Below, piece after piece: positions 56,943 to 64,000 of a stretch of DNA of 64,000 bases. The position numbers and the translations under genes were made by a program. A model generated the notes under the pieces. It was not told the DNA's origin. It made no database searches and saw only the letters and a list, made by a program, of their open reading frames with translations. Origin of the DNA: a virus; UHGV virus genome UHGV-0125199. One strand, given 5' to 3'. The stretch's first letter is position 1, and the number at the start of each line of letters is the position of its first letter.

Positions 56943-58658
56943 TTGTCATCTTTTGAATCAGTAAAAATGGACAATCCATATGGGATTGATGATGAAGTAT
57001 TAAAACTTACAATAGAATCAGAAGCAGATAGTTATCGTCTGCCTGATCTTGTGACAGAACCTGATAGTTACATATTCGTAATCTGGCATAAAACAGATAC
57101 CCCTTGTACTATCTCATTTGATATATTTGGTGAAACTGTTGAATCTGAATCAAGTTCTCAATGGACGAAACTAGTGAAAGTCAAAAAGATTTCTGACTTA
57201 ACAAATACTTCAATTGATATTACACCACCCACAAACAGCACCACATATTTCTATGAGGCATATCTAGCACGTGGAACAACGGATACATCTTGGACTCCTG
57301 CCCCAGAAGATAACATAGAAGATATTACCGGTCTAAAATCAGAAATCAAACAGACCGCAGAAAGAATTGATTTGGTCGTTGGAAACCTGAAAGGTCAAAT
57401 GGCAGAACTGTCTATACAGGCAGATAAGATTGCTCAGAGAGTTGAAGATGTAAATAGTGGGCTTTCATCACAAATTGAACAGACAGAAAAGAATATTACA
57501 CAAAGAGTAGATGATGTTGAAAATGGATTGTCTACTCAAATTGAACAGACGGAACAGGATATTATTCACTCTGTCGGGAAAACACATGTAACAGCTATTA
57601 GATATATTAGAGACTGGCTTAACGGAAGCAATTTAGATACGTCTAATAGATGGGCAGAATTAAATGTAATGTCTAATAATGTAGATATTGCTTCTGGAAA
57701 AATACCAGTATGTAAAAATGAAGAACATGAAGATGTGACTATATCTAACCCAGAATTGTATACTGACGGAGATACAACGAGATATATCGAAGCATCTGAA
57801 GGCTTAAAATATCTGGAACTTGATCTTGGAGATGTCAGAAATGATATAGACTCAATTACTGTATGGCACGAGTATCCGCTAACAAGTGGAGAAGAACAAA
57901 ACGGTAAAATTTTTAATCATAAACTGCAAGTATCATCAGATAAAAATATTTGGTTTACTTTATATGATTCAAAATATCAGCAAAGCGGAGGATATAAAGA
58001 GGATCCTAGTGGGAAAACTTATTTTATAAACGATACAATTATCAATGACAGCTTCTCTTCTGTTCAGCAGACAATTGATGGAATAAATACAACAATTCAG
58101 AATGTTGAAAATAATTTAAAGACAGAAATCAAAGAAACAGCCAATGGATTTAATGTAAACATTCAAAAAATTCAGAACGATTTAGAGAACGCCAAATCAT
58201 CTTTAAACAATGCAATCGACGCATTGAATACATCTTTTAACGTAGAGTTAGGGAAAATTTCTGGTGTTATTGAGGGTATAGATAAAGAAACAGACGAAAA
58301 GATTTCTTCTGCAATTGAGCAATCTGCTTCTGGGTGGCAAGGTGTTTTCAAAAAGTATGGAATGTTTAAGGATGGAACATCTGTAAAAGAGTTAAATGTT
58401 AATATCAATGGAGAGGGAATTGAAGTACTGAATCCAGGAACATCAAGAAGTACTAAAATGAACACGCAAGGTTTTGAAGGATGGTTTAACGGGAATAAAG
58501 TTTTCTGGATGCAGGAAGATGCTACGAAAACATCACGTGTGTATGCAGACAGAGGTATTGAGTTGCCTACGCTAAAAATGATTCCTTTGACAGTACAAGA
58601 CGGAAATAATATTACACGAAATGGAATCGCATTTGTAAAAACAGGTGGTTCAAGTTAA
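56943..58658 (+). CDS. tail fibre-like protein with coiled-coil repeats ('VEDVNSGLSSQIEQTE' twice) and the 'SWTPAPEDNI' motif
   Basis: TTG after AAAGGAGGCGATAT. Confidence 0.55.
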   Translation: MSSFESVKMDNPYGIDDEVLKLTIESEADSYRLPDLVTEPDSYIFVIWHKTDTPCTISFDIFGETVESESSSQWTKLVKVKKISDLTNTSIDITPPTNSTTYFYEAYLARGTTDTSWTPAPEDNIEDITGLKSEIKQTAERIDLVVGNLKGQMAELSIQADKIAQRVEDVNSGLSSQIEQTEKNITQRVDDVENGLSTQIEQTEQDIIHSVGKTHVTAIRYIRDWLNGSNLDTSNRWAELNVMSNNVDIASGKIPVCKNEEHEDVTISNPELYTDGDTTRYIEASEGLKYLELDLGDVRNDIDSITVWHEYPLTSGEEQNGKIFNHKLQVSSDKNIWFTLYDSKYQQSGGYKEDPSGKTYFINDTIINDSFSSVQQTIDGINTTIQNVENNLKTEIKETANGFNVNIQKIQNDLENAKSSLNNAIDALNTSFNVELGKISGVIEGIDKETDEKISSAIEQSASGWQGVFKKYGMFKDGTSVKELNVNINGEGIEVLNPGTSRSTKMNTQGFEGWFNGNKVFWMQEDATKTSRVYADRGIELPTLKMIPLTVQDGNNITRNGIAFVKTGGSS

Positions 58659-58719
58659 TAAAAATTTTATGTCGTGTGCAGCATGGCATCCTTTTATATA
58701 GATTGGAGAGTGATAAAGT

Positions 58720-61026
58720 TTGGCAAATTATGAAGTAGACTTTCAAGTCATAAGCCAAGTGAGAGATGAAGCAGCAAATGCTAGCAATGTAATAATTGCA
58801 TTAAGATTTAGGAGAACTGATTACTATTACGTTGGGTGGAATTATCTCGATCAAGAAAGATGGAGATTAAACGCAGAAAATTTTTCAAACCAAGACACTG
58901 GGGATGTCTCATGGGACTTAAATTACGGATATAATAATCCACTTCCGCAAAATCAATGGAGAGAAGTAGGAAGGAATAATTTTAGGTTGCCCCATAATGA
59001 AGATGGTTCTCTCTCAATCAATATATATGGAAAAATTTATTTTGGAGTAAATCCAGGAACGCTTGAAGCAAGGAAGACTATTACATGTACTCCTAACAAC
59101 AGAAATGTAAAGATTACTCAATTTGAAAAGAACGGAAGTACATATGGAACGACTGTTGGGTTTAATTGGTCTACATCTGATAATATTGACGCACTACACT
59201 TATACGACGGAGACACAAAGCTTAAAGAATTCTCTGTTTCTGGCAAATCCGGATCAATTACATATACAGTCACACCAAACAGAAATTATAGATTTCAAAT
59301 TCGTGTCAAAAAAACTGGAACAAGTTTATGGACAAATAGTGGATATATAGACCATACTGTCGGGTATCCATCTATTACAGGTGATTTTAACTTTAATATC
59401 AACTCTCCGATAAATTTATATTTTACTGGAACTACTCCAGCATCATCCGTATATTTATATGTAAATTCTAAGGATGACAGTAATTATATTGCTGAGAGAA
59501 CAAATATAACAAGTTCAAGCGTATCTATCAATTTAACCACGGAACAGAAAAATAAAATTTACCAGAAAGCTGGTCAAAAAGACTGGATCACAATAGTTGT
59601 TGTGCAGAACTTGCATTTGAATGGAGTTGAGACTCCGTATCAGCAGTATTCTGCAACAATGCAGCTTAATATATCTGGAACGGCACCAACATTTTCCAAT
59701 TATTCATACAGTAATAAAAACAGTACAATTTCAGGTATTCTTGGACAGAATAAAACACTAGCTAATGTAGAAGGTATGCAAGTTCAAATATCTACATCAA
59801 ATAAAGCATACTCTTCTGTTTCTACAATTAGTAAATACGTATGCACTATTTCCGGTGGCAACAACAATAGTTTTAGCAGAACATATGAAGCGCAGGAATC
59901 ACAATCAGATGTATTGATCGATCTTGGAGCGATTACTGAATATGGAAGATACTCTATATCTGTTTATGCTGTAGATGCGCGTGGAATATCTTCTTCGCCT
60001 GTAACGAAACAAAATGCTTTTGAAGTAATTGATTATCATGTTCCTCTTGCTACGACATTTGAACTGAAAAGGCAAGGGAATTTTGAAAAGGAAGTCAGCT
60101 TGAATGTTGTTTGTAATATCTCTAGGGTAAGCGGATACAACACTTCTTTTGCTGCCTATTACAGATATTGTAAAACTGGAACAAGTATGCCTTCATCATG
60201 GACTACTATAACAAATATTCAAAACGGAGGTACTAATGGTGACGATTATCGAAAAACCATAACAGATTCTAATTTCTTAATACTAGAAAAGGGAGAATCT
60301 TATGATTTCCAATTTAAGTTTAAAGACAGGTTTTCTGAAGTCATCATCAATCCATCTTTGTCTCAAGGTGTTGCGCCACTGTCTGTTTATGAAGATGGTA
60401 CTGTTGCTATAAATCGTGTCCCTGATTTTAATCAGACAGATAGGGCAAAATTGCAGATTGACGGAGATATCATGATAAACAGAAATAGTGATGATGAAGA
60501 GGTATTCGTTGCAGAATCTTTGGAGTCTATGAGCACAAAGCTTAGCACGATTGAAGAAAACAATTCACAAATATTGTCAAAACTTAATGGAAAGATAGAC
60601 CGGTCTGATATTGTTGATAATTTAACTTCCAGCTCGTCAACTGTTCCTTTAAGTGCAAATCAAGGACGAGTTTTAAAAGGGCAAATTAACAGTGTTCTTA
60701 CAGTCGAAACAAGGGATTTATACGGGCTGCCTTGGGGAAATTCTATGAATGTAAGATTAGCAAAACTTGGATCAATTTGTATATGTAATATTGTTTGGAC
60801 TGGTGCTACTGGCACTAGTAAATATGGAACTATATCCGAAATAACTATTCCTGATGGATTTAGACCTTATGGATCGGTTTATGCGACTACACAAAATGTC
60901 ACATCTAATTCTACATATGGCGCTTCAACACGAATTCAAATATCAAGCAATGGTAGGATTAGCTTTGTTACAGATAATACCGGGATGTTGGAACGACATG
61001 TTACATTCGCATACAGTACAGCTTAA
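58720..61026 (+). CDS. large tail/receptor-binding candidate protein (768 aa)
   Basis: TTG after GGAGAGTGATAAAG. Beta-rich, repeat-like composition. Confidence 0.5.
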   Translation: MANYEVDFQVISQVRDEAANASNVIIALRFRRTDYYYVGWNYLDQERWRLNAENFSNQDTGDVSWDLNYGYNNPLPQNQWREVGRNNFRLPHNEDGSLSINIYGKIYFGVNPGTLEARKTITCTPNNRNVKITQFEKNGSTYGTTVGFNWSTSDNIDALHLYDGDTKLKEFSVSGKSGSITYTVTPNRNYRFQIRVKKTGTSLWTNSGYIDHTVGYPSITGDFNFNINSPINLYFTGTTPASSVYLYVNSKDDSNYIAERTNITSSSVSINLTTEQKNKIYQKAGQKDWITIVVVQNLHLNGVETPYQQYSATMQLNISGTAPTFSNYSYSNKNSTISGILGQNKTLANVEGMQVQISTSNKAYSSVSTISKYVCTISGGNNNSFSRTYEAQESQSDVLIDLGAITEYGRYSISVYAVDARGISSSPVTKQNAFEVIDYHVPLATTFELKRQGNFEKEVSLNVVCNISRVSGYNTSFAAYYRYCKTGTSMPSSWTTITNIQNGGTNGDDYRKTITDSNFLILEKGESYDFQFKFKDRFSEVIINPSLSQGVAPLSVYEDGTVAINRVPDFNQTDRAKLQIDGDIMINRNSDDEEVFVAESLESMSTKLSTIEENNSQILSKLNGKIDRSDIVDNLTSSSSTVPLSANQGRVLKGQINSVLTVETRDLYGLPWGNSMNVRLAKLGSICICNIVWTGATGTSKYGTISEITIPDGFRPYGSVYATTQNVTSNSTYGASTRIQISSNGRISFVTDNTGMLERHVTFAYSTA

Positions 61027-61064
61027 TGACAGCCAATACAGACTGTTTTTTTATTTGAAACGAG

Positions 61065-61706
61065 GTGATTACAATTTACACAATAATTATGAATGACGAC
61101 AAATCTCTCACTGCTACTGTCGTCACAACACTATATCAAAGAGAAAAATTAGCAGATAAAATTCAAATTTTAATTCCACAGAAATATGGAGATTTAAACC
61201 TAATTGAATTTACCGCACTGTTAAAATATGTGGATCAGGCAAACGTTCCGCACGTAGAAATTCTACAAAAGGATAAAGACTTATATAAAGAACATATTCG
61301 TTATGTACTTCCTGTAGACACCAATCTTACTCAATACGCAGGAGATATTGCAATTAGAATTACATTGCAAAAGAATGATATGGAAGTGAGAAAAACGTAT
61401 GTAGTGCATACTGGAGAACTGATTATTAATATCAGTCCTTTAAAAGACTATTACACTTTTGTGCCAGATGAATCGTTGGAGTTTGTAGATCAGATTGTTG
61501 CAGATTTACAGAACAAGATTGAGGCACTGGATAAAGTAGCTGACACTTATGACAAAACAAAAGCGGATAATATTCAAATTAAGAATGGAAACGAAATACA
61601 ACTACTTTCAAACAAAGTTCCTATCGGAGACAAAATCACTGTCACAAATGGTGGTTCTGGTGGAGAAACCGGTGGAAGCTGTAGTTTTGAAATTGTTGAA
61701 TTTTAG
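61065..61706 (+). CDS. hypothetical tail-module protein (213 aa)
   Basis: C-terminal Gly-rich 'GGSGGETGGS'. Confidence 0.5.
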   Translation: MITIYTIIMNDDKSLTATVVTTLYQREKLADKIQILIPQKYGDLNLIEFTALLKYVDQANVPHVEILQKDKDLYKEHIRYVLPVDTNLTQYAGDIAIRITLQKNDMEVRKTYVVHTGELIINISPLKDYYTFVPDESLEFVDQIVADLQNKIEALDKVADTYDKTKADNIQIKNGNEIQLLSNKVPIGDKITVTNGGSGGETGGSCSFEIVEF

Positions 61707-61712
61707 AAATTA

Positions 61713-61743
61713 GGCGATAGGATCATTCCTGTCGTCTTTTTTA
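61713..61743 (+). terminator. rho-independent terminator
   Basis: GGCGATAGG-atcatt-CCTGTCGTC hairpin (2 G-U pairs) followed by TTTTTTAT. Confidence 0.7.
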
Positions 61744-61771
61744 TATATGAAAAATAAAGGAGGAACAAAAC

Positions 61772-62761
61772 ATGGCAGATTTAAATGTAAAATTTGCAAC
61801 AGGTGAAAAGGGCAAGATTGAAGAAGCAAAAACAGCCGGAAAGTTGGATGCGAATGATTTTGTTGTGACAAGCGACACAGATGAACTTGCATTCATCAAT
61901 AAAGACGGTGAGACAAAGTTTCTGAAATCTAAGTCTACAAAAGAGTATACACTGAAAGGAACTGATCTTGGTGCTCTTAAAGCCGGGCAGACTATCCCAA
62001 AAGAAATCGATATGGATGGATTACTGAACTTAATTACACAAAAATCTATTCCTGCAACATATACAAAACCGAGTGTTACTCTTACAAATAATGCTGGCTC
62101 TGCGGCGGGTAATGTTGAAGCAGGAACAAGCATTACTCCAAAATTGAGAGCCACATTTAACAAGAATGATGCAGGTGATTTGACAGCTATTTCTATTAAA
62201 AAAGGCGCTCAAAGTGTGAAAGATGGAACAGCATCTCCGCTTGATTACGCCGGAGAAGCAATCATTGTTGGAGATGAGACAGTTACATTTACTGCTTCTG
62301 CTACTTATAAAGAAGGAGCAATTAAGAATGATAACCTTGGTAATCCATCTCCAAACGGACATATTCTGGCAGGAACTGTTGCATCTAGTGGATATTCAAT
62401 TACCGGGAAAAGAAATCTGTTTTATGGAACCGGAGTTGGAAATTTGCCAGAATTAAATTCTGCAACTGTTCGTGGTTTGGCAAATAAACAGTTGAATCCT
62501 TCCAATGGTCTTTCATTCAACATTAATATTGCACAAGGACAGCAGTTTATTATTTTTGCATACCCAGCAACTTTAAGAGACGTTAATCAGGTAATGTACG
62601 TTGAAACAAATGATACCGGAATGGCTTCTAGCTTTACAAAAACACTCGTTGACGTTGCGGATGCAAGAGGTGGAGAAAACGGAAAAACATCATATAAAGT
62701 ATATAGTTACCGGATGTCTACACCCGCTGCTGCTGGAATGACTTTTAAAGTAACCATTTAA
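61772..62761 (+). CDS. hypothetical structural protein (329 aa)
   Basis: ATG after AAAGGAGGAACAAAAC. Confidence 0.55.
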   Translation: MADLNVKFATGEKGKIEEAKTAGKLDANDFVVTSDTDELAFINKDGETKFLKSKSTKEYTLKGTDLGALKAGQTIPKEIDMDGLLNLITQKSIPATYTKPSVTLTNNAGSAAGNVEAGTSITPKLRATFNKNDAGDLTAISIKKGAQSVKDGTASPLDYAGEAIIVGDETVTFTASATYKEGAIKNDNLGNPSPNGHILAGTVASSGYSITGKRNLFYGTGVGNLPELNSATVRGLANKQLNPSNGLSFNINIAQGQQFIIFAYPATLRDVNQVMYVETNDTGMASSFTKTLVDVADARGGENGKTSYKVYSYRMSTPAAAGMTFKVTI

Positions 62762-62780
62762 ATAAAGGAGGATTGTAATT

Positions 62781-64000
62781 ATGGCTATTGATTCTAAAAA
62801 TTTGCTCGTTGCTGTGAAGGCTTTTGCTCCTGCGAATCCACTTCCACTTGATTCACGTTCATTATGGGGTTCTCAAGGAGAAGCTGAAACGTATGCAAAG
62901 CAACCAAATGCTTACGCCGGACAAATTATCACAGCAAAGGTAAACGGTAAATATAAAGCATTTGTACTACAAGGAGAAAACGGAAACTGTACTCTCGAAG
63001 CAGTTGGAGCTGACCCATCTGCTTTAAAACAGTATGTAATCGTTGGAACAAGACCAGAATCCGGACAGCAACAGGGCGTTATCTATATTGATACAAATGT
63101 TGGTTACATTTGGGATGGTGCTAAATGGGTTAAGGTATTTGAAGATGTGTCTACATCTATCACTGATTTCCAGAAACGTATTACGAAATTAGAAAGTGAT
63201 ATTAACCTGAAAGCAAACATTGCAAATGCTAACTTTACAGGAACAGTAAAACTGGAAGGAAAAGATTTAGCAACGAAAGAGTACGCAGAATCTCTCGTTA
63301 ATGCTGCAAAATCTGAAGTTCCGATTGTAATTGACGAAGATCATCAATTCCCATCAGAAGCATATAAAGCTGGTCAGAAGTATGTTGTTGCTCTTGCCGG
63401 AACATACCTTGGACAGAAATGCGAAATCGGTGATTTGATTCTTATCGTAAAAGATTACAATGTTGAATCTGCATCTAATGCTGATGGAATCGTGTTGCAG
63501 TCTAACATTGACGGTGCCGTTACGAGTGCCGATCCTTCTGCTATTGAAGGCGAGATTGTTGTAATGAGCGGTGCTACCGGAAAGGTTATCAAATCTTCCA
63601 AAGTAAATATCTCTGCTCTGAATGAAGCAATCGCAAAAGCTCATGAACATGCAAATAAGGATAAACTTGACACATACACAAAGACTCAGGGAGAATTACT
63701 TGCGGCTGCTTCTGTTGATGCACAGAGCAAAGTAGACAAACTGAAAGAAACTGTAGATGGTAAGGCTGATAAAGCTACAACACTTGCAGGATACGGCATC
63801 GAGGATGCATACACAAAGACTGACATTGACGGAAAACTGAAAGTTATCAAAGATAATGTCAATACAAAAGTAGATGCTGCAACTGTTGATTCTAAGATTT
63901 CTGCTGCAAAACCAGGAATTTTATCTGAAGCTGCGCAGGCTGCCAATGAAGCCTTGAATACAAAAGTTGGCGATTTAGGTGAGTCTGGAACAGTTGTTGA
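62781..64000 (+). CDS. structural (fibre-like) protein, 3'-partial at the window edge
   Basis: ATG after AAAGGAGGATTGTAATT. The frame is open to the window end, so the gene continues beyond it. Confidence 0.55.
   Translation, partial: MAIDSKNLLVAVKAFAPANPLPLDSRSLWGSQGEAETYAKQPNAYAGQIITAKVNGKYKAFVLQGENGNCTLEAVGADPSALKQYVIVGTRPESGQQQGVIYIDTNVGYIWDGAKWVKVFEDVSTSITDFQKRITKLESDINLKANIANANFTGTVKLEGKDLATKEYAESLVNAAKSEVPIVIDEDHQFPSEAYKAGQKYVVALAGTYLGQKCEIGDLILIVKDYNVESASNADGIVLQSNIDGAVTSADPSAIEGEIVVMSGATGKVIKSSKVNISALNEAIAKAHEHANKDKLDTYTKTQGELLAAASVDAQSKVDKLKETVDGKADKATTLAGYGIEDAYTKTDIDGKLKVIKDNVNTKVDAATVDSKISAAKPGILSEAAQAANEALNTKVGDLGESGTVV

Noticed and set aside
50989-56979. Minus-strand and alternative-frame ORFs inside the tail fibre genes (for example 51595..52029, 55485..55979, 56656..56979)
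   Set aside because: They are shadow ORFs in the Gly/Thr/Ser-rich coding sequence of the + strand genes.
1-64000. Alternative genetic code (stop-codon reassignment)
   Set aside because: Long uninterrupted ORFs (1939, 1100 and 829 aa) read cleanly with standard stops, and the gene gaps are explained by introns instead.
1-64000. CRISPR array or other short tandem DNA repeats
   Set aside because: No spaced direct repeats were seen. The only repetition is at protein-domain level within the fibre genes.

Overview
This window is a low-GC (Firmicutes/Clostridia-type) tailed-phage or prophage segment, with almost every gene on the + strand. From left to right it carries a DNA-metabolism/lysogeny block, a packaging and head module, and a very long tail module that runs off the end of the window. 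The left block holds a PIN–PhoH-like ATPase, an SbcD/Mre11-like phosphoesterase, HU, a tyrosine integrase and five tRNAs (Gln, Ser, a CAT-anticodon tRNA-like, Glu, Thr). The head module holds a terminase large subunit, a putative portal, a scaffold-like protein and a capsid-like protein. The tail module holds a tape-measure gene, Dit/Tal-like proteins, repeat-rich fibre proteins and a Listeria-Bacteroides-repeat protein. The most striking feature is that two essential genes look interrupted by self-splicing-type intervening sequences. The terminase large subunit is split by a group I intron carrying a LAGLIDADG homing endonuclease, and splicing would rebuild the Walker A motif (GQG|KT). The tape-measure gene appears broken into four collinear segments by three insertions. 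One is a group I intron with a zinc-finger EDxHD/Vsr-like endonuclease. One is a 4.1 kb island with its own sigma70-type promoters, terminators and toxin-antitoxin-like genes (GNAT, MazF/PemK-like). One carries an ORF of unknown family. Other points are a probable ATT-initiated gene, a homopolymer frameshift candidate, paralogous membrane proteins, and two small antisense membrane-peptide genes with near-identical ribosome-binding sites. All calls rest on reading the sequence and ORF translations against remembered family motifs; no database searches were run.
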